Shown here piece after piece: positions 49,242-59,176 of a stretch of 64,000 nt of DNA. The stretch is from positions 17,157 through 81,156 of the forward strand of contig CASFPZ010000016.1 in the NCBI GenBank assembly GCA_949296365.1, in the 5' to 3' direction. A program made the translations under genes and the position numbers. The notes beneath the pieces were generated by a model. It saw only the letters and a program-made list of their open reading frames with translations. It had not been told where the DNA came from and ran no database searches. The stretch comes from an uncultured Akkermansia sp. GTDB lineage: Bacteria; Verrucomicrobiota; Verrucomicrobiia; Verrucomicrobiales; Akkermansiaceae. Position 1 is the stretch's first letter. Each line of letters begins with the position of its first letter.

Positions 49242-50066
49242 TTAAACAATAACATTAAACCCAACTAGAACAGTTACGATGATGCCAACAGCAAGCCGAT
49301 ACCATCCGAAGACAGCAAAACTGTGTTTCTGCAAGTAGGAAACCATCCATTTTACTGCAACAACCGCAGAAAGCCATGAAGCAAACGTACCAACGGCTAG
49401 CGATTCCCAGCCAAATTGGTTAAGCATTTCTTGACCATGTTTCATCGCATCATAACAAGTTGCGGCCCCCAAAGTGATCAACCCCAACACAAAACTAAAC
49501 TCAACTGCAGCAGACAAAGACAAACCAACAAACATACCTCCTAACATCGTCATCAAACTCCGGCTCGTTCCCGGCCACATAGCCACACATTGCAATAATC
49601 CAATAATAAAGGCTTTCTTAGGTGTCAATTCCTCAAAATCGAGTCCCTGATGTTCATCGCCTTTTTTGCGAGAATACCGCACGTAAATCAAAATGCCTAG
49701 TCCACCAACAACCCATGCAACAATCACTGGCTTGAGACCAAACAAAAATGTCTTAATCCAGTCGTCAAAAATAAGGCCAATAACAACAGCTGGTACAAAA
49801 GCAATCATGAGGTTGATCAGCATTCTGAGTCCTGCTGGATTTTTGCCTAACACACCAAGAACCATTTCTTTCACCCGCATGTAATACAGCCCTAATACAG
49901 CCAAAATAGCACCACTCTGAATACAAACAGCAAATGCATCGTCTGCTGCGTTGTTATGAATTCCTAACAAAGCTTGAGTCACCAGCAAATGTCCAGTCGA
50001 GCTCACCGGTAAATATTCTGTTAACCCTTCGACTATCCCCAAAATCACTGAATCAACGATGGTCAT
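49242..50066 (-). CDS. uppP: Undecaprenyl-diphosphate phosphatase
   Basis: LGIVEGLTEYLPVSSTGH, IQSGAILAV, PGTSRS, EFSF, FGWYR. Confidence 0.96.
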   Translation of the reverse strand: MTIVDSVILGIVEGLTEYLPVSSTGHLLVTQALLGIHNNAADDAFAVCIQSGAILAVLGLYYMRVKEMVLGVLGKNPAGLRMLINLMIAFVPAVVIGLIFDDWIKTFLFGLKPVIVAWVVGGLGILIYVRYSRKKGDEHQGLDFEELTPKKAFIIGLLQCVAMWPGTSRSLMTMLGGMFVGLSLSAAVEFSFVLGLITLGAATCYDAMKHGQEMLNQFGWESLAVGTFASWLSAVVAVKWMVSYLQKHSFAVFGWYRLAVGIIVTVLVGFNVIV

Positions 50067-50162
50067 GGTAGGCTAGTCCTACCGAAATCCCCTCACTAGG
50101 TCAACCGCCAAACTTGGCCCATCCAACTTTTTGCTGGCATGTCTGTCTTTTCGTGGATTTAT

Positions 50163-52076
50163 CTAAGAATTTTTCACATTCCCAACGGATGGTCTTAGTC
50201 GTTCGAGCAATTTTTTACAAGTAGAAGCAACGGCTTCTACCGATAAAGACTCACCCTTATTGTTCCAACAAAGAATCTCATGGAAATTCCCGTATGGTTC
50301 ATACCGTTTATCAGCAACTTCTTCGGCCATAACTACGGTTGGCACTCCAACATAAGTTGCTAATGTCGAGAAAAGTCCATCAACAGCAACTATACCACAA
50401 GCTTCTTCCAATTCGTAGATTAACGAATCTGGTTCGCCAACAACCACCGACAAATTCAATGCTCTTCCCAAACGTTCTGCTTCCTCACTCCGGTCATTTG
50501 TGGCAATAATCCGGCACTCACCCCCCAAAGCTACACTCAATCGTCCCCATAACTCATTCGACCAGCAGCCCTGCGTCCGGTTAGAAAACGGCGCTAAAAA
50601 CCACACGTTTCCAAGCGGAGTCTTCCGCAAAGCAGGAAACAAACTAGGATCTTCACAAGGTACTGCATGGAATTTCGCTAACTCCAGATAGGCATTCATT
50701 AACATGCGCGATTGGCTTATTGAATTCCGGCTAATGTTTCGCGTCCGGAATCGATATTTCCGACTATATGGATGCTCGGCAAATCCCGAAAACGCCAATG
50801 GGCGGAATGGCAGCAATCCTCGAACTGTTTCACAACTGTCATCTAACAACACCGCCATATCATAAGGTCCATCGTCGTACAATGCAGGAGCATTCAACTG
50901 GTTCGATAACTCATTCGCAGAACGGAATGTTACCACTTTGTCTACCACACTTTCTTTTCTCCAAAATGCAGCAAACTTAGGTGCACACACCACAATTACC
51001 TGCATGTCAGACCGAGCCGCTTTCAATGCATGAGCCAATGGTACAGCCAGCAATGTCTCCTCCCATGATTTCGGAGGGGCTAACAGAATCCGGAAAGGGA
51101 TCAAATCCATCCCTTGCAACAAAGCATTCGTCTTTATATCGGTCGATACTATAGCTTTGTAAACTTTCCACCGATGGTGCATCCAAAACCCATCCAACGG
51201 CGAACGTTTTACGATTTCCTCTACCTTGCGATTAACGGCAATCGTAATTCCCGGCACAGAGCTATCAACTTCCTGAGGGTCGATCGGTTCACCCATATCG
51301 GCAATCCAATGTCCCAACCTCTCCGTATATACTCCAACCGCTATCATTGCTGCCTTCGTCCGCTTGTACATCAATGCCGGTAAATACGTTGTTCCAGCCA
51401 CCTTCCGGAAATAAGGAACAAATACTCCTTCCTGTAAATATTGATCACATAACACTCCCAGAGAACCCTTCTCCCGAAGAAAATGCAAAGGAGCTTGAAT
51501 CCCACTCTCTTTAGAAAACATTTGAGTTCCTCGCTCGGTACGCCGCTTATATAAATATTCTTCAATCAATGGATTATCCATCTGCCGGTACATCGAACCG
51601 TAATGCTCAACTTCACGAAAAAATGTTCGGACTCTTGCCAGTATCTCCCAATTCCCCGAATGGGGGATACAACACACTGTCCCTTTGTTTTTACGCAACC
51701 CAGCAGTAAACACTTCCGGATGATCTAAACGTACGTAATGACTCAGTTGCTCATCTGTTAATGTCGCGGTCTTCATCGAGCCTAACATGTTTGCCAACGT
51801 ACGCTTAAAATTCTCCATCACTAACTGATCCAATTCCTTACCTCGTAATGCCGTCCCCATGACGATGCGGATGTTGCGTCGCACAATGCGCCGCCGAGAC
51901 GGCAATAGCCAGTAAGCAAGCCACCCCGTAAAACGCCCCAATTGACAAAGCATCGTCATAGGCGCCAGGGTCAAACACTTTTCAAACACATGGAAAAAAA
52001 ACATCCCTACATGCTGAGAAAACGTATTTTTAGGCGTCTTTGGCGTTACGGCTTGTTCGTCAGTTCCCGGATTCAT
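50163..52076 (-). CDS. Fusion of an LpxL-like lipid A acyltransferase and a GT9 (heptosyltransferase-like) domain
   Basis: PHSGNWE, YRQMDNP, LCDQ, FWMHHRWK; then RILLAPP...AVPLAHALK and VAVDGL...LATYVGVPTVV. Confidence 0.75.
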   Translation of the reverse strand: MNPGTDEQAVTPKTPKNTFSQHVGMFFFHVFEKCLTLAPMTMLCQLGRFTGWLAYWLLPSRRRIVRRNIRIVMGTALRGKELDQLVMENFKRTLANMLGSMKTATLTDEQLSHYVRLDHPEVFTAGLRKNKGTVCCIPHSGNWEILARVRTFFREVEHYGSMYRQMDNPLIEEYLYKRRTERGTQMFSKESGIQAPLHFLREKGSLGVLCDQYLQEGVFVPYFRKVAGTTYLPALMYKRTKAAMIAVGVYTERLGHWIADMGEPIDPQEVDSSVPGITIAVNRKVEEIVKRSPLDGFWMHHRWKVYKAIVSTDIKTNALLQGMDLIPFRILLAPPKSWEETLLAVPLAHALKAARSDMQVIVVCAPKFAAFWRKESVVDKVVTFRSANELSNQLNAPALYDDGPYDMAVLLDDSCETVRGLLPFRPLAFSGFAEHPYSRKYRFRTRNISRNSISQSRMLMNAYLELAKFHAVPCEDPSLFPALRKTPLGNVWFLAPFSNRTQGCWSNELWGRLSVALGGECRIIATNDRSEEAERLGRALNLSVVVGEPDSLIYELEEACGIVAVDGLFSTLATYVGVPTVVMAEEVADKRYEPYGNFHEILCWNNKGESLSVEAVASTCKKLLERLRPSVGNVKNS

Positions 52077-52149
52077 GCTTCCTCCTTACCTTAGAAAATA
52101 ATCCCCCCAGATTCAATCCTTTTCATATCTTTACCAAGTCTGTTGGATC

Positions 52150-52432
52150 TGTTCAATGAACACAAAAGTAAAGCGGGAAGCCGCCAATTGATCCAGTTTT
52201 GATGTTTAAGGTTCTATTTTCCCAACGCCTTTACGGGTTAAGCGACGAGCAGATGGAGTATCAAATAAAAGATCGCATGAGCTTTCGCGAGTTTATTGGA
52301 GTGGAAAGTGTATTGGGCGTGCCCGATGCCAGAACAGTGTAGAAATACCATAATGACCTGAGCAACAAGGGAGTATATGATATGTTATTCAAGCGTTTCT
52401 ACGAGTATCTCGAGAGCCAAGGGAGATCCTAA
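52150..52432 (+). mobile_element. IS5-family transposase N-terminal remnant
   Basis: PPIDPVLMFKVLFSQRLYGLSDEQMEYQIKDRMSFREFIG...VPDARTV*; contains an internal stop and is truncated. Confidence 0.8.
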
Positions 52433-52756
52433 TTTGCTCACCTGACGTATTTTTTGTTAATATATCAGTCAACCGCTAACCAGTTAATCCCTAGCCTTGG
52501 GAGCTCTTTGGATTGTTAGTTAATATGGATGGATTTTTAGAACATCCCTTTATTCTTTTCATACTTCTAACCCAACTCAATAGACCCTATTGTTAACAGA
52601 TTACAATCCGTTAATTTATTGTTATAATATATTGATAATCTGTGATTTACACGAATTACATTAGTATACTTGGATATATGAAAAATTAAGAAATAATTTT
52701 TTGCTATTCAATATATTATTAATAATCAATAGATTATGAGCATTGTGATTTTAGAG

Positions 52757-52785
52757 TTGACAACGGATTGTAAATCCGTTAATTT
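52757..52785 (+). promoter_or_regulatory. Sigma70-type promoter whose spacer is a palindrome, upstream of hldE
   Basis: TTGACA (52757-62), 17 bp ACGGATTGTAAATCCGT, TAATTT (52780-85). Confidence 0.55.
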
Positions 52786-53169
52786 TCAGTAGTCATATGT
52801 CTAATCGGTGTAGTCAATTTATTAAAAAAATACAATATCACATTATGAAGAGTATTTTTATTCATTTTAAAAACAGTAATCATTTTATGACATTTTACTA
52901 TCTACAGTTCAATTATTTTTTATTATTTCAATTTTGTTTCTAAAATTTTACTGTATTGTTGGGACTAAATAGCATTGATATAATACTCCCATCATTAAAT
53001 TTTTCTATGACTTACTACCACATTTCCAATATTAGCATTAATCTACCAGAAACTATTTATATTTAAATGGAAATACTACAAGGGCGGTTTTGTAAAACTA
53101 TTTTTACATCAATTGAATATAATTATATAAAACACATCTTAATCCTGTCATCAATAATTTATTAATTTT

Positions 53170-54648
53170 ATGGTTTCTTTTATCCGATATATCGATCTTT
53201 TTTCTCGTACCAAAATTCTCTGCATCGGAGATTTAATGTTAGATGTTTTCATCTATGGCAAGGTAAACCGGGTATCGCCCGAAGCTCCAGTACCAATACT
53301 GCTTGAATCGGGCGAGAGAAGCATGCCAGGTGGAGCTGGTAACGTCGCCATTAACTTAAGAGCCCTGGGATGCCAAACTTTCATTGCCGGAGTTGTTGGA
53401 GCTGATCGCAATGGCCAAGTTTTGCATTCTTCCCTTTGCGATCAAAATATTGATACGAATCTGCTGCTAACTAAGATAGAGTATCCTACTTCAGTAAAAA
53501 TTCGGTATGTCGCTGGTTCCCATCACCTCCTTCGCGTTGATAAGGAAGAAATGCTGACAGATCAAGATGCAAAATCCCATTTACTACGATTGATTAGTCA
53601 GAAAATTCCAGAGATGGACATCGTCTTATTGTCTGACTACGGAAAAGGCTTATTTGATCGGGAAATGTTATCTTCTTGTATTGCTCAATGTAAAAAATAC
53701 GGGAAACAAGTCATCGTCGATCCGAAACGAAACGACTATTCCTATTACGCTGGAGCTACGCTTGTTAAGCCCAATCTCAAAGAATTTATCGCGGCTATCG
53801 GGCATGAAATCCATCCGTCGCAACCTAGTTTCGATCGACAGGCTATACAATTCGGTCGTAAACTTTGCAACAAACATCAAATCGACAACCTCCTAGTAAC
53901 ACTGGGAGAATATGGTATGATTTTCATACCCGGAACAGAAGGAGAAGCCCTCATCCGTATGGATACACAGGCTCGAGAAGTTTTCGATGTATCAGGAGCT
54001 GGCGATACCTCTTTAGCAGTTTTGGGAGCTGCTATAGCTTCGGGAGCACCTATCCGGGACGCCATGGAATTGGCCAATATTGCTTCTGGCATTGTTGTCA
54101 GCAAATTCGGCACAGCTAGTGTTACCGACAAAGAGCTTAAAGAACAATTAAATGGCATACAAAAGCCAAGAAAATTGAGTAGTGAACAAGCTGCTCAATT
54201 AAGTCAGGAACTGCGAGCCCAAGGGAAAACCGTAGGATTCACCAATGGGTGTTTCGATATCTTGCATCCAGGCCACATCCAGTCATTCGAAAAGGCAAAG
54301 AAAGAATGTGACATCCTCTTTGTTGGACTCAACAGTGATGCCTCGGTTAAGCGCCTTAAAGGTAGTACCCGACCTGTCAATAATGAAAGTATTCGAACAG
54401 CCATGCTCTTAGGGTTAAAAGCTGTCGATTATGTTGTCGTATTCGACGATGACACGGCCCTCTCGCTCGTACAAAGTATTCATCCAGATGTTATTGCTAA
54501 AGAAGGATACCCTTTAGACAAGTGGCCTGAAGGACAATATGTTGTCTCGTATGGAGGTCGAGCTATTGAATTGCCGAGAATCGATGGATTCTCAAGCACT
54601 GAAATAATTCATAAACTTTCCAAATCTTCTCAAGAACGTTCATTATGA
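53170..54648 (+). CDS. hldE: Bifunctional heptose-7-phosphate kinase / heptose-1-phosphate adenylyltransferase
   Basis: GDLMLD...RVSPEAPVP, GGAGNV, LSDYGKG, VDPK, PNLKE, DVSGAGDT, FTNGCFDILHPGH, GLNSDASVKRLKG. Confidence 0.96.
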   Translation: MVSFIRYIDLFSRTKILCIGDLMLDVFIYGKVNRVSPEAPVPILLESGERSMPGGAGNVAINLRALGCQTFIAGVVGADRNGQVLHSSLCDQNIDTNLLLTKIEYPTSVKIRYVAGSHHLLRVDKEEMLTDQDAKSHLLRLISQKIPEMDIVLLSDYGKGLFDREMLSSCIAQCKKYGKQVIVDPKRNDYSYYAGATLVKPNLKEFIAAIGHEIHPSQPSFDRQAIQFGRKLCNKHQIDNLLVTLGEYGMIFIPGTEGEALIRMDTQAREVFDVSGAGDTSLAVLGAAIASGAPIRDAMELANIASGIVVSKFGTASVTDKELKEQLNGIQKPRKLSSEQAAQLSQELRAQGKTVGFTNGCFDILHPGHIQSFEKAKKECDILFVGLNSDASVKRLKGSTRPVNNESIRTAMLLGLKAVDYVVVFDDDTALSLVQSIHPDVIAKEGYPLDKWPEGQYVVSYGGRAIELPRIDGFSSTEIIHKLSKSSQERSL

Positions 54649-55229
54649 CACACCACGATTTCAAGAACGAATTATTGACCGTTGCTACCAATTTCGCCCA
54701 GTTGGCCGAAATGGCTCCAACCATTGAAAAAATAGCCCTACGTTGTCTGCATGCTCTCGAACGTGGCAATAAGTTGATGTTTTGTGGGAACGGGGGATCA
54801 GCCGCTGATTCCCAGCACCTCGCGGCAGAACTTGTTGGCCGCTATAAACTGGAACGCCAGGCTCTACCTGCTATCGCCCTGACTGTGGACACTTCAATTT
54901 TAACCGCTCTGGGGAATGATTATGGTTATGTGTCTGTTTTCGAACGCCAAATCGAAGGTTTAGGGAAACCAGGAGACGTTTTAATAGGTATCTCAACAAG
55001 TGGTAATAGTGATAATGTCGTTCGCGCCTTTCAAAAAGCACGTACCATGGGCATCTCTACAGTTGCTTTGACAGGTCAAACTAGAAGCCGCATGGCGGAA
55101 TTAGCCGATGACACACTCAATGTGCCTTCGACTGTAACAAACCACATCCAGGAAATGCACATAGCTGTTGGGCATCTCATCTGCGAATTCATCGAAATCC
55201 GTCTTTTTAATCAACAACACAATGCGTAA
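54645..55229 (+). CDS. gmhA: Phosphoheptose isomerase
   Basis: CGNGGSAADSQHLAAE, NDYGY, ISTSGNS, IQEMHI. Confidence 0.96.
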   Translation: MTHHDFKNELLTVATNFAQLAEMAPTIEKIALRCLHALERGNKLMFCGNGGSAADSQHLAAELVGRYKLERQALPAIALTVDTSILTALGNDYGYVSVFERQIEGLGKPGDVLIGISTSGNSDNVVRAFQKARTMGISTVALTGQTRSRMAELADDTLNVPSTVTNHIQEMHIAVGHLICEFIEIRLFNQQHNA

Positions 55230-55746
55230 GGTCTTATTTCTCGACCGTGATGGCACTATCAATGTTGATAAACATTACCTCTGTCGTCCCGATCAATTCG
55301 AGTGGATACCCGGCATTGTTCCCCTATGCCAAGGAGTTTTGTCGCACGGTTACGAAATCATCGTTATCACGAATCAATCCGGCATTGCTCGTGGTTATTA
55401 TACTGAAGAAGAATACCAGGTTTTCACCAGGTTCATGATTTCACAGTTTGCACTGCACCAAATTGTTCTCCTAGGCGTATTCCACTGCCCCGATTTGGAA
55501 TCTCCCGACCGGAAACCCGAACCTGGCATGTTTTTGAAAGCAGCTCGACAATACCAAATCAATATGCTTGCTTCGTTGAGCCTTGGTGACAAAGAACGAG
55601 ATGTCATCGCAGCCTCTCGTGCTGGAGTCGGTTTCAATTGTCTCCTATCCCCAAATACAATACCCCCTCATACCCTAGCTCATGCCGTTCTCCGACGTCC
55701 AGACGATATGTTGAAGTTTCTGCCAGAGGCTAGGTGTTGTCTATGA
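55222..55746 (+). CDS. gmhB: D-glycero-manno-heptose 1,7-bisphosphate phosphatase
   Basis: FLDRDGTIN, ITNQSGIARG, CP....DRKPEPGM, GDKERD. Confidence 0.93.
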   Translation: MRKVLFLDRDGTINVDKHYLCRPDQFEWIPGIVPLCQGVLSHGYEIIVITNQSGIARGYYTEEEYQVFTRFMISQFALHQIVLLGVFHCPDLESPDRKPEPGMFLKAARQYQINMLASLSLGDKERDVIAASRAGVGFNCLLSPNTIPPHTLAHAVLRRPDDMLKFLPEARCCL

Positions 55747-55926
55747 TTCTCCGGGAAAAAGCGAACGAAGCTCAGTTTCGAAACACCTGGAGTCTGTTCT
55801 CCAAGTTCGGTTTATGTCTTGTCAAACACAAAAAATCCGCTGAGCGTTTTATTTCTCTTTCTTCGTTTATTTTTGTTATTAATGGTCGGTAAAACTTTGT
55901 CTCTTGAGGTAGTTCTACTAAGAGAG

Positions 55927-56895
55927 GACTTTGTTACAACGACAGAAAAGGGATGGTTTATTGAGCTTATCTTTACAAACGCACAAAAGATAAAATACAA
56001 TAACAGACAACTCAATAAACCACAACAAAAGTAAACATAAAATCCGTAACTGGCAAGCGTACCATAAAAATATTTGCTGACGGGCAACCTTGACCTCTAG
56101 ATCAATCAAGCTCTACTGGATGAATGAAAGGCCCTTGTGGGTAAAAAGGAAGTGGTTGGCGAATGCGTTGATAATGGTAGCATCATCTTGCGTTACCTTT
56201 TGATCAAGACAGCTTACCTGTGAAATTTCGTCAAGCACAAGGCTTTCTGACGAGCCTCTTCAACCTACTTGTTTTTTCCAGACTGCCCATGCCGAACTAT
56301 ACGACCTTGATAGAGACAGGCATTGGTCTCGGACTCTATCAAGGAACGCCTGGATCAAGGGGAGAACTTGATAGTCGGGATTAACTCCACCGCCTTGAAG
56401 GTGTTTGGCGAGGGTGAATGAAAAGTCCTCAAGAATGGCTGGAGTAAACACCGTTGCAGGAAAAAGTTGTACCTCTGTGTGGATCTAGTCTCCCAGGGAA
56501 TCCTGGCAATGCAGCTGACAGGTAATGAGAAAGGCGAGGCGGAGGTAGGTTCAGACATGCTCAGCGACGAATCTAAAAGGCTCAAGATATTCAAAGGAGA
56601 CGGAGGATACGACAAGTTCGGATTCCGGAAGATATTGGGAAATGAGGTTATACAGGTTATCCCATCAGCGAAGTCTGAACGAAGTAGCCATGTCCCGTTA
56701 CAAAACAATCTTTGGGAGAACTATGTCCGCACGTAAAGTCTGCAATCAGTTGGCAGAAATTAAAATAAAGTATCTGTTATTAAATAGGTATGCCCAATTG
56801 GGTATGCCAATGGCCTACAGAGTAGGTTGAAGGGGTATTGATTTCGGAGGGAATTTACGTCTCTGCTCTTTTGGACACTACGTTGCAACAACGTC
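55927..56895 (+). mobile_element. Degraded near-full-length IS903-group element
   Basis: Left IR GACTTTGTTACAACG (55927), right IR ACGTTGCAACAACGTC (56880-95). Remnants NSTALKVFGEGE*KV, KKLYLCVD, GDGGYD, MSRYKTIFG; start codon mutated, several stops and frameshifts. Confidence 0.88.
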
Positions 56896-56966
56896 CCGGA
56901 CACTAATAAATCTGAACTTAATACCCCGCAATACGTCAATTCAGGAAAAACACAGCAGACTCGAAT

Positions 56967-57497
56967 TTATTCATTGGTTCCAGCGGTAGCAGTATCAAGC
57001 GGGGAAGGCATGATAACCGGACGAAGACTGACAGTTCGAGTAGAATATTCTTCAGAAGGTTTAAAAAGCCAACCTGGATCTTTGTTGATAAGTTCGTATC
57101 CAGTCAATTGAAATACAGGTAATTTGAGATTTGAATTTGGTTCGTAAGCCATTTTACCTGTATAATGGCCATAAATACGATATTCATAATTATTGTCAAA
57201 TGAATAAGCCGGACTATCTCCTGATTCTGGATAACGGTCAGGATTAAGTTTGCGGCTTTCGTCCATAATAACGAGCTGAGCATTCCTCCAAGATTCTCTG
57301 GGTTTGCGCAAATAACCCCAAAAACGAGTAGCAGGCACAAAGTAACGTCGGCCAATATAATAATCACCGTCTGGTTCTGTAGCAATGATCTGTTCTCGTC
57401 GAGCAATGGCAAGCTGATCGTCTCGCATCGTATGGCACTGCGTTAATAATCCGCTACAACAGAAAGCTAGAATCAAGAGGAGAGAGCTTTTATTCAT
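56967..57497 (-). CDS. Hypothetical lipoprotein
   Basis: Signal MNKSSLLLILAFCCSGLLTQC; YYIGRRY...RFWGYLR core. Confidence 0.6.
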   Translation of the reverse strand: MNKSSLLLILAFCCSGLLTQCHTMRDDQLAIARREQIIATEPDGDYYIGRRYFVPATRFWGYLRKPRESWRNAQLVIMDESRKLNPDRYPESGDSPAYSFDNNYEYRIYGHYTGKMAYEPNSNLKLPVFQLTGYELINKDPGWLFKPSEEYSTRTVSLRPVIMPSPLDTATAGTNE

Positions 57498-57567
57498 GAA
57501 TGCATTGGATATGGCTCGGCTTAGCATTTGAGTCAAGACCTGATGACACACAGCACAAAGTCTCCGG

Positions 57568-58335
57568 TTAAGAACCATCTACCTTGGCTGCCAAGTTATT
57601 GAGAACAACACCAGCCGCCATCAATCCAAAGGCCCCTGTAACAGGAGCTACCGCACCAAATCGCGAATCAGACAATTCAGCATGACGCTGATACGAGATT
57701 CCGCCTCCTGGTGCAGGATAAACAGGACGTTCCGTAGAAAACACGCAAGGAACCCCCCACGGTCGACAACGATCAATCGGCATGTCGTATTGAGTCTTCA
57801 ACAGACGACGCAATTTCGCCAACAGAGGATCACCTTCAGTTCTCGCAAGATCGTCTACCCTCACTCGCGTTGGATCTCTCCTACCTCCTGCTCCTCCGCT
57901 AACGACGATAGGAATTTGTCGGCGCACAGACGACGCGACGAGATAGGCTTTGGCCTCAATACTGTCGATAGCGTCAACGACAACATCAGGTTGAGCCGCC
58001 CACAATTCCTTGTCGTGATCTGCATCGTAAGGCGTTCTCAGGATCGTCAATTTTATCCAAGGAGCAATATCAACTAAACGTTCCCCCATGACGTCTACTT
58101 TCATACGTCCCACTGTCGAGTACAATGTATGCAATTGGCGATTAACATTGGTAATACTAACCTCATCCATGTCCATAATCACCAGAGAACCAATGCCACT
58201 GCGAACCAATGCCTCTGCAATCCACGAGCCCACGCCTCCTAAGCCGATAATTGCTACTCGGGATTTGCAGAAAACTTGCCAAGCAGTCTCTCCATAAACT
58301 TTACGAACACCAATTAAACACGATTCTATACCCAT
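57568..58335 (-). CDS. tcdA: ThiF-family tRNA threonylcarbamoyladenosine dehydratase
   Basis: VAIIGLGGVGSW..EAL.RSG, DMDEVSITNVNRQ, VDAIDS, SGGAGGRRDP, DPLL..LR..L, FSTE. Confidence 0.88.
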   Translation of the reverse strand: MGIESCLIGVRKVYGETAWQVFCKSRVAIIGLGGVGSWIAEALVRSGIGSLVIMDMDEVSITNVNRQLHTLYSTVGRMKVDVMGERLVDIAPWIKLTILRTPYDADHDKELWAAQPDVVVDAIDSIEAKAYLVASSVRRQIPIVVSGGAGGRRDPTRVRVDDLARTEGDPLLAKLRRLLKTQYDMPIDRCRPWGVPCVFSTERPVYPAPGGGISYQRHAELSDSRFGAVAPVTGAFGLMAAGVVLNNLAAKVDGS

Positions 58336-58348
58336 CCCAATGCACGAA

Positions 58349-59170
58349 TTAAATGACTTTACCATCTCGGTCTACTAGACGCTGAATACGGTCAATCGAC
58401 CGAGCACGCCCAGTCGTCTCGTCGATGCGAACAACCACACCACACAAACGTACAGGCCATCCGGCTACGGGAAACTTTGCTGGCATACTCGAACAGAACC
58501 TCCTGATAATAGCTTCGCGATCTCGGCCCAAAATACTCTCGGCAGGTCCACACATGCCAACATCAGTTAAAAAGGCCAACCCTCCTTCTCGAATGATTTC
58601 ATCAGCAGTTTGGACATGAGTGTGTGTACCTATCAGAGCAGAAGCCAGACCATCGAGGTAATACCCCATGGCAATTTTTTCACTAGTTGTCTCGGCATGC
58701 ATATCGACAAATACCGCGCAGCAATCTTCTTCAGTCTTCAAACGCAGAGTCTCTTCTCGTCCCAATAAGAAAGGGTTCTCTAGTGGTGGTTGAATGAAAG
58801 AACGCCCCTGCAGCGATATGACACCTATGCGTCCTTTGGGTGTACTGATAACAACACTCCCCCTTCCTGGAGTACCACTAGGGTAATTTAATGGACGCAG
58901 CACGCGCAAGTCTTCGTTTTTCATCTCTTGCATCCAGGGAGCTAAATCTGGCTGATCCCAGACGTGGTCTCCTAGAGTCAACACATCTGCTCCAGATGTC
59001 AAAAGTTCGAGAACCAACTTAGGTGTAATACCACGCCCCGCCGCCGCATTCTCCGCATTGGCAATGGCACAATCAATTTCAAACTCTTGTTTCAACAGCG
59101 GAAGCAAAGCTTTAAAGGCTCTACGTCCAGGTTCTCCAACAATATCACCAACAAATAGGATAGACAGCAT
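58349..59170 (-). CDS. ymdB: YmdB-family metallophosphoesterase
   Basis: LFVGDIVG, NAENAAAG, TLGDH, RPLNYP, DMHAETTSEK, GTHTHVQTAD, TDVGMCG. Confidence 0.93.
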   Translation of the reverse strand: MLSILFVGDIVGEPGRRAFKALLPLLKQEFEIDCAIANAENAAAGRGITPKLVLELLTSGADVLTLGDHVWDQPDLAPWMQEMKNEDLRVLRPLNYPSGTPGRGSVVISTPKGRIGVISLQGRSFIQPPLENPFLLGREETLRLKTEEDCCAVFVDMHAETTSEKIAMGYYLDGLASALIGTHTHVQTADEIIREGGLAFLTDVGMCGPAESILGRDREAIIRRFCSSMPAKFPVAGWPVRLCGVVVRIDETTGRARSIDRIQRLVDRDGKVI

Positions 59171-59176
59171 GATTTG

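Noticed and set aside
52762-52780. ACGGA-TTGTAAA-TCCGT resembles a tRNA-Tyr anticodon arm
   Set aside because: There is no D arm, T arm (GTTCGA) or acceptor stem around it.
52840-53170. Hydrophobic-looking reading fragments in the AT-rich leader of hldE
   Set aside because: There are multiple stops in all frames, and AT-rich DNA yields I/L/F-rich text by composition alone.
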